Shown: positions 31,007 through 40,607, counted from the first letter of the stretch. The stretch is DNA of 64,000 bases from a virus (IMGVR_UViG_3300025137_000020:41337-105336); one strand, 5' to 3'. Made by a program: numbers and translations. Notes: generated from the sequence alone by a model not told the origin.

Positions 31007-32506
31007 CTAATAACCTCCACCGCCACCAGAAGGAGCACCGCCACCAGAAGGAGCACCGCCACCACCAGCAGAACCACCTGATGAAAAACCTCCACCACCA
31101 CCAGTAGAAGCAGTAGATATGATTCCATTAGTACTTCCTACCCGAGTAAGACCTTGATTGAGTTTCCGTTTAAATTCTTTTACAAAATCTTCAATTAATT
31201 CAGGCCGGACAATTTTAATTCGACTTTTTTCATCATTCACACGTATTGCTGATTGATAATTACTAACATAATTCATTGGTTCTTGACCTTCTACTGCAAG
31301 TTCATTTCCATATGTTAAGTATTTGTATTCGCCATCAGCGTCAAGATATTGTTTTCGCTGAATACCGTTTAGCATATCATGCGCATTAATTTTATCGTCA
31401 AGATTTGCTGGGTCACCGCCTTGTCTGTAATAATATGCAGGGGCATTTCTTGCTGAAACAAATGAATGTTCTTTACCATCGGCTTGGCGTCTATACGGCT
31501 GAAGACCATACCACTTCATGTTTCCGTTAACGTACCAAGGAGTAAAATAATTTCTAAAAACGTTTAATGCAGCTTGAGTTCTTCCAATAGAAACATCTCT
31601 CGTCTGGTCTTGAAATTCTCTTAGAGGTAAATTATTATAGGCTAGTATATTACCGTCTACAGTAGTTTGGTTAGCTTGGCCAATAATTTGTGTTTCGAAC
31701 CACTCAAATAAATGTTCACACCATTCAACTCTTTCTGCCGTCATAAGATTCTTATAAAACGGACCCGGTTCCATGTGATTCGCACCGTCGCCTTCCCTAT
31801 AACCATTCTCCGAATTTTCTCCTATAATTGGCCAATCGTTAAACGTAAATGACATCGTACCTTGATGTGCCTCGCTAGCCCATGTTCCTAACGCGTTTTG
31901 CTGAAAATTTAAAACGGGGGTTTGTAATAAAGTGTTCTTTAACTCTAATTTAGCATCACCCATGAACAAATTTCTATTAGAAAAATCTTTTAGGTATAAT
32001 TGATTTAGCCCTTGGTCCCATTTTACAATTGAAGCCGTGGAAAAATTTCTATAAACTTTTAAATCTTCGTAAGATAAATCTAAACCCGCTAAGCTATTTG
32101 ATATATGCTCGTATTCTTTAGTTTCGGGGTCATTGTCTTCTTCTAATTGTCCCGTCGCTACAACAATCTTATCTCTAATAACTGGGTTTAACGTAAATAC
32201 GCCAATATTATCATACTCATTTGTAAATTCTGTTTCAATAGAAGAAGAGGCTTGAGGCCAATCATCTAAACCAGCTTTTAAACTTTCATTTATAATAAAG
32301 AACGTCCAATAATAATCTGGTGTACCATATAGCCTTTGCGATAAATTGTCTGGTCTTTCACCATCTCCGACCGTTATCAATCGATACGATGCAATATCAG
32401 AAGCGAGAATGTCATTAACGTCTACGTGGCGGAATAAATCAACAATCGCTTTAGGCTGATTGCCTATTTGTAATTGTGTAAATGGAAATTGGCTGAAAAA
32501 ACTCAT
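31007..32506 (-). CDS. gp53: Baseplate wedge gp53 (LysM-like), enlarged, with a Gly-rich tail
   Basis: MSFFSQFP, GERPDNLSQRLYGTPDYYWTFFIIN, WP, NDEKSRIKIVRPE. Confidence 0.9.
   Translation of the reverse strand: MSFFSQFPFTQLQIGNQPKAIVDLFRHVDVNDILASDIASYRLITVGDGERPDNLSQRLYGTPDYYWTFFIINESLKAGLDDWPQASSSIETEFTNEYDNIGVFTLNPVIRDKIVVATGQLEEDNDPETKEYEHISNSLAGLDLSYEDLKVYRNFSTASIVKWDQGLNQLYLKDFSNRNLFMGDAKLELKNTLLQTPVLNFQQNALGTWASEAHQGTMSFTFNDWPIIGENSENGYREGDGANHMEPGPFYKNLMTAERVEWCEHLFEWFETQIIGQANQTTVDGNILAYNNLPLREFQDQTRDVSIGRTQAALNVFRNYFTPWYVNGNMKWYGLQPYRRQADGKEHSFVSARNAPAYYYRQGGDPANLDDKINAHDMLNGIQRKQYLDADGEYKYLTYGNELAVEGQEPMNYVSNYQSAIRVNDEKSRIKIVRPELIEDFVKEFKRKLNQGLTRVGSTNGIISTASTGGGGGFSSGGSAGGGGAPSGGGAPSGGGGGY
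31018..31064. repeat. 18-bp tandem repeat (2.6 copies) encoding APSGGG
   Basis: caccgccaccagaaggag twice, then caccgccacca. Confidence 0.85.
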
Positions 32507-33663
32507 AGTACTCTTTGGTCCTTGTTATATGCTTTGTCGACCCCACCACCACCTTTGACCAGTCCGACATCCGTTTCAACAAATCCTTCTCCATAATTAA
32601 GAGCGGTGGCACGGGATGTTCCTTTATTACTAATGCCCCTTGCATTCATCATATCGTCGTCATCAGCACCTTCAGTACTATATTTTTCAATCATATTGTG
32701 AAGGTTATCGATATCGGTTCTTTCTAGAGCTCTTGCTTCTTGGAATGTCATTGATATATCGACTTCAAGTGGTGCACCATCTACGTGCCATACAGGCGCA
32801 GTAGTATTGAACGTAGAATTAAAATTTTGAAGGTAGCATGCCATGATACCAGGCAAAAATTTATTTGTCATAACACCCTTATCATTAATTCCTGTTAAAA
32901 ATTCAATTTCCCATATAGCAGGATATTGTAAAAAACCAGCAGAATCTGATTTACCTTGATTTAATCTTCCGGCGTACATATATCTTCTAAATCTATGATG
33001 TATATGTCTAATTGCCAATGCTTCTTCTTGACTATCTGCAATCATTTTGAAATTAAAGGTAAAAGAACGAATACCAGACCCTTGGAATGCAGTATTTTGA
33101 AATGGATTAGCAACGATTCGATTTGCAAATGTAACTTTATCTACAAACCCTTCAGCTCCTGCTAACTTAGCTCCAGCAATTCCTAATTTACCTAAGGCCT
33201 GAACAATAGTACCACTTTTAGTAAAATTGCCACCAAGTGAAGCAACACCAGCATCTTTGTTACCTTCTGTTCTATTTAATCCATCACTCAATCCCGCACC
33301 GAACATTCCTAAATCAATAGTAGAAAGCGCTGCATTATCAGCAAATGCGATATTAGCAGGACATGGAAAATATGTAGCTCTTCGTACTAAATTAAATATT
33401 TTTTCTCCACTTTTTTTAATGTCTTCTCGTTCAAAACAAGTAAAGCGAACCTGCGGCCGGGCAGTATTAGAATTTAAATTTAGAGGATATCTTAAGTCCT
33501 CTCTAGATACTACGGTCCTGTCTGGTATTAGAGCGTCAGCTCCTTGGCCTAAAAGATTTCCTTTAGTAATTGCACCTTCTCCAGTTGGTTTGACAGAGGT
33601 TTGCTTGTTCTGGCCAAGCCCGAGTACATCTGAGCCGAAGCTTTGGGAACTCCAACCAGCCAT
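32503..33663 (-). CDS. gp48: Baseplate tail-tube cap gp48
   Basis: LRYPL, NPFQNTAFQGSGIRSFTFNFKM, YP..WEIEF, GAPLEVDISMTFQE. Confidence 0.85.
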   Translation of the reverse strand: MAGWSSQSFGSDVLGLGQNKQTSVKPTGEGAITKGNLLGQGADALIPDRTVVSREDLRYPLNLNSNTARPQVRFTCFEREDIKKSGEKIFNLVRRATYFPCPANIAFADNAALSTIDLGMFGAGLSDGLNRTEGNKDAGVASLGGNFTKSGTIVQALGKLGIAGAKLAGAEGFVDKVTFANRIVANPFQNTAFQGSGIRSFTFNFKMIADSQEEALAIRHIHHRFRRYMYAGRLNQGKSDSAGFLQYPAIWEIEFLTGINDKGVMTNKFLPGIMACYLQNFNSTFNTTAPVWHVDGAPLEVDISMTFQEARALERTDIDNLHNMIEKYSTEGADDDDMMNARGISNKGTSRATALNYGEGFVETDVGLVKGGGGVDKAYNKDQRVL

Positions 33664-33686
33664 CAGATTATACCCCTTTTAAACGT

Positions 33687-33714
33687 TATAAATACCATCA
33701 TAACTCTATTTATA
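33687..33714. promoter_or_regulatory. Face-to-face pair of late promoters: TATAAATA on + (33687-33694, gp4) and on - (33707-33714, gp48)
   Basis: Two exact consensus sites in the 60-bp gap between divergent genes. Confidence 0.8.
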
Positions 33715-33723
33715 AAAAATGTT

Positions 33724-34170
33724 ATGGCATACCGCGGAAAATATAAAGTTAAGAAACCAGAAAAATACGAAGGTGATTTTAAAAATGTAGTGTACCGTTC
33801 TCTTTGGGAAAGACAGTTCTTTAGGTGGTGTGAAGATAATAGCGAAGTAGTTCGTTGGGGTTCTGAAACTGTTGTAATTCCGTATAGATGTAAAACCGAC
33901 AATAAAATGCATCGATATTTTATGGACGTTAAGGTCAAATTTAAAGATGGTAGAACAATACTGGTTGAAATAAAACCTGAAATACAGACAAAACCACCCA
34001 AAAAGGGTTCTCGTAAAACAAAAAAGTATTTGAACGAGGTCATGACTTATATAAAAAATACTTCTAAATGGAATCAGGCCGAAAAGTATTGTGATGCCCG
34101 TGGGTGGGAGTTTAAAATCTTCACAGAAAAAACACTTAAATCGCTTGGTATACGCTTGCTAAACTCATAA
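33724..34170 (+). CDS. gp4: Head completion nuclease gp4 (TnsA-like)
   Basis: MAYRGKY...PEKYEGD..NVVYRSLWE, W.SE, HRYFMD, EIKP, N..KW, FTE. Confidence 0.95.
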   Translation: MAYRGKYKVKKPEKYEGDFKNVVYRSLWERQFFRWCEDNSEVVRWGSETVVIPYRCKTDNKMHRYFMDVKVKFKDGRTILVEIKPEIQTKPPKKGSRKTKKYLNEVMTYIKNTSKWNQAEKYCDARGWEFKIFTEKTLKSLGIRLLNS

Positions 34171-34178
34171 ATAGAGTT

Positions 34179-34769
34179 ATGGCAACGTCTTTATTAAAAA
34201 AGTTTGAGGGTGGATTATCTTATAATGAGATTGAATCCTATACGTCTAAAGCCCGCACTTGGTATTTAAACGAATTACAAGGTATGCGGATGAATAGACA
34301 AGCTCTGATTAGAGACCCCGAAACAATTAAAAAAGCGAGGCCATTGCCAGGAAGAATGTTCATGTTTTTTTATGACGCTAAGCATAAAGCTACTTTGCCA
34401 TACTACGATCGTTTTCCGCTAATTCTTATGGTTGAATCCGCAGCACCTAAAAAAGGTTTTTACGGTTTAAATTTTCATTACTTAGATTATAGAAAAAGAG
34501 CAATTCTCCTTTCAAGACTTTTACAGTATTCAAATAACAAAAAATACGACGAATCAACTCGATTGAGATTGAGTTATAAATTATTAAAGGGCGCATCTAA
34601 GTTGGCCGCATTCAAACCATGCTTTAAGCACTATTTACCTAGCCAAATAAAAAGCCAAATAAAAATGGTTCCGGCTGATTATTGGGAAACCGCACTATTC
34701 TTTCCGAGTGAACAATTTAAAGGAGCATCAAAAAATGCAGTATTTTCTGATAGTAGGAGACAAATCTAA
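34179..34769 (+). CDS. gp2: DNA end protector gp2
   Basis: GRMFMFFYDAKHKATLPYYDRFPL, GLNFHYL, PCFKHYL. Confidence 0.95.
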   Translation: MATSLLKKFEGGLSYNEIESYTSKARTWYLNELQGMRMNRQALIRDPETIKKARPLPGRMFMFFYDAKHKATLPYYDRFPLILMVESAAPKKGFYGLNFHYLDYRKRAILLSRLLQYSNNKKYDESTRLRLSYKLLKGASKLAAFKPCFKHYLPSQIKSQIKMVPADYWETALFFPSEQFKGASKNAVFSDSRRQI

Positions 34770-35464
34770 TGGGATTATTTGATTCAATAAAAAAATTAGC
34801 TAGTAATGGCGGACAGGGCCATCGGGTTGATGACTTAAAAGCTGTTATTGGTAAAAGAGGCGGTATCGCAAAAACCAATCGGTTTGTTGTGATCATGACC
34901 CCACCAGCAGCTACGTTGCTCAATAAAGATTTTAAAGGACTTCTTTTTCAAGGTCTTACTGGTAATTTAGGACTAAATGATTTCTTTAACGACCCACGAG
35001 ATATAGCGATGCTTTGCAGGAGCTGTACATTACCTGGACGCTCAATAAATACTCTAGAATTTCCAAAAGAAGGTTATAAAAATCAGGTAAAATATCCAAC
35101 CTCATATGTAAATGAAGACGTGAGTTTTAATTTTCTGCTAACAAATGATTATTATATGAAAAAGGTTTTTGACGATTGGCAAGCTTTAGTTTTTGACCAA
35201 ACTAATCATACTATTTCTTATAAGACGACTTATACGTCTGATGTTATTATTCAACAATTAGATCAAGATAATAATGTAGTATTTGGCGTAAAATTAAGTA
35301 ATGCATATCCAACAGCAATTAATAGTATTGCATTAGACAATAATCAATCAGACGCGGTTCAAGAACTCCAAGTAACAATGACATACGATGACTTTGCACC
35401 TGAAGGCGCACTAAGTTCTATTGTATCAGGTCTAAAAGAAGTATTAGACTTCAAATTATTTTAA
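34769..35464 (+). CDS. Tail-tube-fold protein (gp54/gp19-like tube initiator)
   Basis: GGIAKTNRF, C..CTLPGR, FDDWQ, I.QLD, AYP..IN.I.L, VTMTY. Confidence 0.8.
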   Translation: MGLFDSIKKLASNGGQGHRVDDLKAVIGKRGGIAKTNRFVVIMTPPAATLLNKDFKGLLFQGLTGNLGLNDFFNDPRDIAMLCRSCTLPGRSINTLEFPKEGYKNQVKYPTSYVNEDVSFNFLLTNDYYMKKVFDDWQALVFDQTNHTISYKTTYTSDVIIQQLDQDNNVVFGVKLSNAYPTAINSIALDNNQSDAVQELQVTMTYDDFAPEGALSSIVSGLKEVLDFKLF

Positions 35465-35496
35465 CAACAACTAAATTATAAAAGAAAAATTAAATT

Positions 35497-36204
35497 ATGG
35501 CACTACCTAAATTAGAAACCCCTACCTATGAGACAACTATTCCGTCTACAGGTAAGACGATTGAGTATCGACCTTTTCTTGTAAAAGAAGAAAAAATATT
35601 GATGATGGCTCAAGAATCGCAGGACACTGCGCAAGCAATTGGAGCATTGAAAAAAATTATTAGCTCTTGTACGTTTGGAAAGGTCGACCCTAACGAGTTG
35701 ACTACATACGACGCGGAGTTCTTATTTCTTCAATTGCGAATTAAAAGTGTTGGAGAAACTGTTGAATTTCAAATTAAGTGCAGTGATCCAGATTGTGACG
35801 GAATGACTGACGTTATTGTAGACTTAACTCAGGTTGACGTAATAATGCCTGAGGAACCGCCAGTAACTAATATTAAGTTAAATGATAACATCGGTATGAC
35901 ACTTAAAGAAGTTACGCTTAAAGATGCAATAGGTTTATCTGGCAAAGAAATGGAGGATATTACCGGCCTTGTTGCGACAGTAATTGACACAATATACGAC
36001 GACGAAAAGGTCTATAATGTTAAAGACGTACCAAAGAAAGAACTGGCTACATTTATTGATTCGCTTAATCACAATCAACTAGAGCTCGTAACAGAATTTA
36101 TACAGAAGCAACCACAAATTAAAAAGGAAATAAGATATACATGCGTAAAATGCGGTAAAGAAAATGTTATAGTGCTAAGCGGCCTACAGGATTTTTTCGC
36201 CTAG
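35497..36204 (+). CDS. gp26: Baseplate hub assembly protein gp26
   Basis: MALPKL..P.Y...IPSTG..I.YRPFLVKEEKIL, LRIKSVGE, Cys pairs, C-terminal GLQDFF. Confidence 0.92.
   Translation: MALPKLETPTYETTIPSTGKTIEYRPFLVKEEKILMMAQESQDTAQAIGALKKIISSCTFGKVDPNELTTYDAEFLFLQLRIKSVGETVEFQIKCSDPDCDGMTDVIVDLTQVDVIMPEEPPVTNIKLNDNIGMTLKEVTLKDAIGLSGKEMEDITGLVATVIDTIYDDEKVYNVKDVPKKELATFIDSLNHNQLELVTEFIQKQPQIKKEIRYTCVKCGKENVIVLSGLQDFFA
36189..36198 (+). promoter_or_regulatory. Candidate -1 ribosomal frameshift site (G GAT TTT / T TTT TTC)
   Basis: X XXY YYZ heptamer two codons before the gp26 stop; the -1 frame is the gp51-like frame. Confidence 0.65.
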
Positions 36205-36392
36205 GCCTTTCACATGATTCATTAACTAATCATTATCAAACTAACTTTTCTATGATGCAGCATCATAAATATAGCTTGACAGAATTAGAAACCATGTTAC
36301 CGTGGGAAAGGCAAATTTACACAACCCTACTCATTCAACACATTAAAGAAGAAAACGATAAAATAGAACAGCAAAATAGAAGCTCTGCCTAA
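36201..36392 (+). CDS. gp51: gp51-like hub assembly catalyst region (-1 frame relative to gp26; first ATG at 36252)
   Basis: Not in the track. Translates LGLSHDSLTNHYQTNFSMMQHHKYSLTELETMLPWERQIY..., and its TAA overlaps the next ATG. Confidence 0.85.
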   Translation, partial: LGLSHDSLTNHYQTNFSMMQHHKYSLTELETMLPWERQIYTTLLIQHIKEENDKIEQQNRSSA

Positions 36393-38530
36393 TGGATATA
36401 GACAATATAATCAAAAATAGTAAAACGCTATCGCAATTGACGAAAGATATTTCGAAAATTGCTAAAAATGGCGGCGGTGGCGGTGTGGGTGGAAAGGTCG
36501 CTCAAGGCGCGACAGGAATTAATCGAATTGACCAAAAGATTGATGATGTCAAATCTGCGCTTGGTAATAATACTACGGTTCAGTTTTTTAAAGACCCCGC
36601 CGCAGTGTTAGGGAAAGGAATGAGAGGAGTTATACAACCTTTTACTGACTTTTTGCCAAATATGGTAGATCAGCTTAAAAAATTTAATCCATTTGGTAAT
36701 GGAAGTAATAAAGGAGTAGCTAAATCATTAAGTCGCTTATCAGAAGCTACTGAAAATAATACAAGATTGCTTGAAATCATATCTGGTAATACTTTAAGTG
36801 GAGATGAAATTGCGGGTGGTATGCAAGAAGCATTAGGCCAGACCGTAATGAGAGATTCGGTTAAGCAATTGAATTTACAAGATTCTTCGTTAAAAGAACT
36901 TTCGCTGCTGAGAACGCAATTCGCTGTATTGCCAGACCAAATGATAGGTGTATTAGCTAAACCAATCAATAGTGCTATCGGCGCTTCGATGAAGGGTGTA
37001 AAGAATTTTGGTAATATGCTGTTCAAAAAAGATAAAGGCGAGGAGCAAGTTAAAGGCCTATCGCAGGTTCAGCATGAGCTAGCTCAATTTGGTAAAGTGT
37101 CCAGCAGTGATACTGAAGCAGAAATGCACCAAAAACAATCTCATCACAATGAATTATTGCAGGCTAACAATTCACTTCTTAGTGGTTCAATGGCAGATAA
37201 ACTATCGGCAGAACACCTCCACAATATCGAAAACATTCTATTAGGAGATACTGACGTTAGCCAAGAAAAATTAAAATTTGATATTCGCGAGAGAAGACGA
37301 ATGTTGGCTCAAGACCAAGCGATGGCTGAGTCAAAGCGCGATGATATGACTCGCCAAACCGAGCTGTTCGAGGGCATCGGCGCTAAACTAGAAGCTATTG
37401 GTGATGCTTTAGGCATGGGTGGTGAGAATGGTAAAACCTCTAAAAAAGCAGGCGGTATATTTGATTGGATTAAGAAAAACTTTATGGGCATTGGCGGCGG
37501 ATTACTTGCTGGTGCTACAATTGGCGGTGGTGCTATCAGTGGATTATTCTTAGGAATGATTAATGTACTAACTGAAGGCTTTAGGATTTTGGGACGAAGA
37601 CGAGTAATGGTTACTCGAGGAGCTGGTGTATTAGCTATTATGGGGCTTTCTCTTCTTCCATTCGCGGGGTCTTTAGCTGTATTAAATAAAGCAATGAATG
37701 GATTTACTTTAAAGAAAGTGGGAGTCTTCGCTGCGATGTTAGGAGTCTTAGGAGCAACTATAGCTGGATTCGCGATTGCTATTGCGACTGGCGTTGGTGG
37801 CGTTGCGGTGGCGGGAGCAATTGGTTTATTAGCTCTTTTAGGCGCGGCTTTGCTGCCATTTGGCAAAGCTATTAGTATGGCAGGAGATGGTATTGAACCT
37901 GCAGCCGACTTATTCTCAGCGCTTGCAGCGGTTAAATGGAGTTCTTTCTTTTTAGCTGGCCCAGCATTAAATGCATTAGCTTCTTCTTTAAGAGCCTTTA
38001 AAGGATTGCCCGATATTGCAGGTGATAATTCTTCCGCATTTGGTATGATCGGTGGAATTAGTGACAAAATTACTGCATCATTGCCCAATGCGGCTAAGCC
38101 AATTCAAGATTTTAATACAGCTCTTGCCGGACTCTCTTCTATAAAACTTGACAATAGTATTGGCAATGCTCTAAGTGGAATATATAAAGCTGTAGATAAG
38201 CGAGACTTTCAGAAAAGACTAGAAGCTGCTGGTAAAGGTATGAAATCACTACTAGGTTCTATTAATTCAGAGCTTAACAAGATGGAAGGTCGAGCACTTG
38301 ATAAAGTCATGCAACTATTAAATAGTGGTGAAACGTCTATCGATTTGATTGGGTCAACTAATACTACTGGTGCACAAATGTACGCTGGAAGTGCTATGGG
38401 CCCTAATGGAAATGGAGGGTCATTTATTAATGTTGATAATTCTACTGGTGGTACTAGTACAAATATTCAAGTTACTCAACAGACTCTACCGCACGTTAAT
38501 GATACTACGATGTCATTATTACGCGCATAA
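36392..38530 (+). CDS. Probable tape-measure protein (gp29-like)
   Basis: 712 aa, helical, Ala/Gly-rich hydrophobic central region; position after gp26/gp51. Confidence 0.7.
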   Translation: MDIDNIIKNSKTLSQLTKDISKIAKNGGGGGVGGKVAQGATGINRIDQKIDDVKSALGNNTTVQFFKDPAAVLGKGMRGVIQPFTDFLPNMVDQLKKFNPFGNGSNKGVAKSLSRLSEATENNTRLLEIISGNTLSGDEIAGGMQEALGQTVMRDSVKQLNLQDSSLKELSLLRTQFAVLPDQMIGVLAKPINSAIGASMKGVKNFGNMLFKKDKGEEQVKGLSQVQHELAQFGKVSSSDTEAEMHQKQSHHNELLQANNSLLSGSMADKLSAEHLHNIENILLGDTDVSQEKLKFDIRERRRMLAQDQAMAESKRDDMTRQTELFEGIGAKLEAIGDALGMGGENGKTSKKAGGIFDWIKKNFMGIGGGLLAGATIGGGAISGLFLGMINVLTEGFRILGRRRVMVTRGAGVLAIMGLSLLPFAGSLAVLNKAMNGFTLKKVGVFAAMLGVLGATIAGFAIAIATGVGGVAVAGAIGLLALLGAALLPFGKAISMAGDGIEPAADLFSALAAVKWSSFFLAGPALNALASSLRAFKGLPDIAGDNSSAFGMIGGISDKITASLPNAAKPIQDFNTALAGLSSIKLDNSIGNALSGIYKAVDKRDFQKRLEAAGKGMKSLLGSINSELNKMEGRALDKVMQLLNSGETSIDLIGSTNTTGAQMYAGSAMGPNGNGGSFINVDNSTGGTSTNIQVTQQTLPHVNDTTMSLLRA

Positions 38531-38537
38531 TATAAAA

Positions 38538-38614
38538 TGGTACTCCGAGCAGGACTCGAACCTGCGACCCACGGTTTAGAAAACCGTTGCTCTATCCAAC
38601 TGAGCTATCGGAGC
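38538..38614 (-). tRNA. tRNA-Arg(UCU) with encoded CCA
   Basis: GCTCCGATAGCTCAGTTGGATAGAGC-ACGGT TT TCT AA ACCGT-GGTTCGAGTCC-TCGGAGTACCA. Confidence 0.95.
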
Positions 38615-38616
38615 AT

Positions 38617-38644
38617 AAAAAAGGCCACCCCGAAAGATGGCCTT
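38617..38644 (-). terminator. Rho-independent terminator after gp32
   Basis: GGCCATCT-TTCG-GGGTGGCC followed by T6. Confidence 0.85.
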
Positions 38645-38661
38645 CTCGTTAATTATTCATT

Positions 38662-39555
38662 TTACTCTTGAGCGAGCTTCGCGAAGAACGACATTGCGTC
38701 ATCATCTTCACTCTTAGCTGCTGCTGGAGCGGGAGTCGAGGGTGTATCCGTATAAGGTACATCTTCGTCTAGAACAACAGACTCAGCTGTTGTGTGAGTG
38801 TTTGATACTTCAGTCTCACCGATTACTTCGAAGAGTTTCTTCTTCAGATCGCCATAAGACTTGTATTGCTCTGGGTCAATATACTCACCAAGATTGTGAA
38901 GACCACCATAGACAGATTCAAGCTTAGCATCTTCAGCACCAAGGAACTCTGACGAATCAGCGAACTCAGATTTATCGTAGTTACGATAACCTTCTACTTG
39001 GCGGATCTTCAACTTGAAGTCTGCACCACCCCAAAAATCGAAAGGATTTACAGGTGTTTCGTCTTGAAACTGTGGTTGCATTACATCCATAATCTTGTCA
39101 AAGATTTTCTTACCATACTGGTAAAGGAATACTTTACCTTCATTTTCTGGTGCAGATGGATCGCTTACGACATAGATGTTAGATACATAGTGCAAACGAC
39201 GCTTACGGTCACGAGCAACTTGTTTATCTTCTTCTCTGCCTGAGTTCCACAGTTGTGAGTTCATTTCTGATACAGGATCGTCTTTACCAATAGAGGTAAG
39301 TGACTTCTCGATGTACCAACGACCTGTTGGCCCTTTGAACCCGTGGTCCCAGTATCTAACCCAAGGTACATCTTGACCTTCGGCTGCTGGAAGAAACCGA
39401 ATAACGGCATATCCGTTACCAGCCTTATCGACTGTTGGTTTCCATTCACGTTCGTCCTTGTAGGACTTCTTCTCTCCACCTCCTGCTGTTTCCGCCGCAG
39501 CCAACAATTTTCCAATTGTGGTGTCTCTAGCTGCCTTCATATTTTGGAATGACAT
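38662..39555 (-). CDS. gp32: Single-stranded DNA-binding protein gp32
   Basis: DKAGNGYAVIRFLP, HGFKGPTGRWYIE, GKKIFDKI, NPFDFWGGADFKLKIR, YRNYDKSEF, acidic tail. Confidence 0.97.
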   Translation of the reverse strand: MSFQNMKAARDTTIGKLLAAAETAGGGEKKSYKDEREWKPTVDKAGNGYAVIRFLPAAEGQDVPWVRYWDHGFKGPTGRWYIEKSLTSIGKDDPVSEMNSQLWNSGREEDKQVARDRKRRLHYVSNIYVVSDPSAPENEGKVFLYQYGKKIFDKIMDVMQPQFQDETPVNPFDFWGGADFKLKIRQVEGYRNYDKSEFADSSEFLGAEDAKLESVYGGLHNLGEYIDPEQYKSYGDLKKKLFEVIGETEVSNTHTTAESVVLDEDVPYTDTPSTPAPAAAKSEDDDAMSFFAKLAQE

Positions 39556-39600
39556 ATTATTTTATCTTTCTGTTTGTTATTATTATTTTGTATATACAAT

Positions 39601-39629
39601 ATATTACACTGTATGTTCTAAGTTGTAAA
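39601..39629 (-). promoter_or_regulatory. Sigma70-type promoter TTTACA-17-TAATAT
   Basis: Upstream of gp32; exact 17-nt spacer. Confidence 0.65.
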
Positions 39630-40238
39630 GACTTTAATTGCAATCTTTTTCAACTTCTCTGTATTTATCCATTGGGACAAAAATGTTTTGTTGTTTTTAT
39701 AGTGAACCAGTTTTTGTGGCCACTGTAAAGTTTCTTCGCATACCTTCTCTGCTCGAGATACAAAGTCAGTCATTAAATCTAAGGCTACAATCGTAGACAT
39801 AGAAGTATGTTTAAATACTGGTGGTATACTATTAGTGTCTGCTGTCAGAAGTTCATCAAACGACTGCACCTCTTTAGTTGCTTTCTTTAATTCTCTTTCA
39901 AAGTTATATGCTTGAGATTGTAACCAAGATTGTAGTTCTTCGTACAGGCTCTCGTCATACTCTCTAATGAAATAGTTTCCTACATTAGCATTAACATATG
40001 CTAATTTAATTACTGCATCTTGAGTAGGATAATCTCTAGCTATCTTTTTATATAGCCATTGATTCTTATCTGCTGCAAACTTGTTATGGTTAAACCAAGG
40101 CATCTTATATCGATACTTGACTGCATCATAGCTCTTTGTTCTAAAGTGGTGATTCACTGCATTGCAGATACACCAAGCTGCGTATGGGTCTGATTTAACC
40201 AAAGGGTAATTCGTTTCCGTTCGTATTTGGGATAACAT
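39618..40238 (-). CDS. gp59: Helicase loader gp59
   Basis: HF..KSYD..KY, Y.FE; synteny 33-59-32; divergent sequence. Confidence 0.75.
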   Translation of the reverse strand: MLSQIRTETNYPLVKSDPYAAWCICNAVNHHFRTKSYDAVKYRYKMPWFNHNKFAADKNQWLYKKIARDYPTQDAVIKLAYVNANVGNYFIREYDESLYEELQSWLQSQAYNFERELKKATKEVQSFDELLTADTNSIPPVFKHTSMSTIVALDLMTDFVSRAEKVCEETLQWPQKLVHYKNNKTFLSQWINTEKLKKIAIKVFTT

Positions 40239-40449
40239 TGAACTTCATTGCTTCAGCTTCCAACTTAGCCTTGAGTGGTCCTTTAACTAATTTTGCAATG
40301 TCATGCGGATCAATAGCAAATTCTTCGCATACATCGAGTAAAGCTTCGGAGTATTTCATACCATCTGTATGTACTAATAAGCAGACTTTTTCTGCTAATG
40401 ATTTTTTCGTAAATGCCACAGGCACCTGTGGAGTTTTTTGTTTTGCCAT
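40195..40449 (-). CDS. gp33: Late transcription co-activator gp33
   Basis: YSEALLDVCEEFAID...KLVKGPLKAKLEAEA..N....LP; start MAKQK. Confidence 0.85.
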   Translation of the reverse strand: MAKQKTPQVPVAFTKKSLAEKVCLLVHTDGMKYSEALLDVCEEFAIDPHDIAKLVKGPLKAKLEAEAMKFNVIPNTNGNELPFG

Positions 40450-40473
40450 AGTTTGTTTTAAAAATATAATATT

Positions 40474-40502
40474 ATTATACCATTTCTGGTGTAAAGTGTC
40501 AA
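40474..40502 (-). promoter_or_regulatory. Perfect sigma70 promoter TTGACA-17-TATAAT
   Basis: TTGACA CTTTACACCAGAAATGG TATAAT upstream of gp33. Confidence 0.85.
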
Positions 40503-40607
40503 CTCTTATTGCCGTAAATGGTAACATATATCAATCGGCATATAGCATAGACACTCACTACACCAATCACAACAGTTCCGAACTCGGCTAGTTTTGATAA
40601 CATGTAA

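Noticed and set aside
36202-36225. Amber read-through or genetic-code reassignment at the gp26 TAG
   Set aside because: Read-through hits TAA six codons later and gp51 is in the -1 frame. Core genes are full length in the standard code and neither tRNA is a suppressor.
36670-38088. Minus-strand ORFs of 118 and 259 aa
   Set aside because: Antisense to the Ala/Gly-rich tape-measure gene; a codon-bias artefact.
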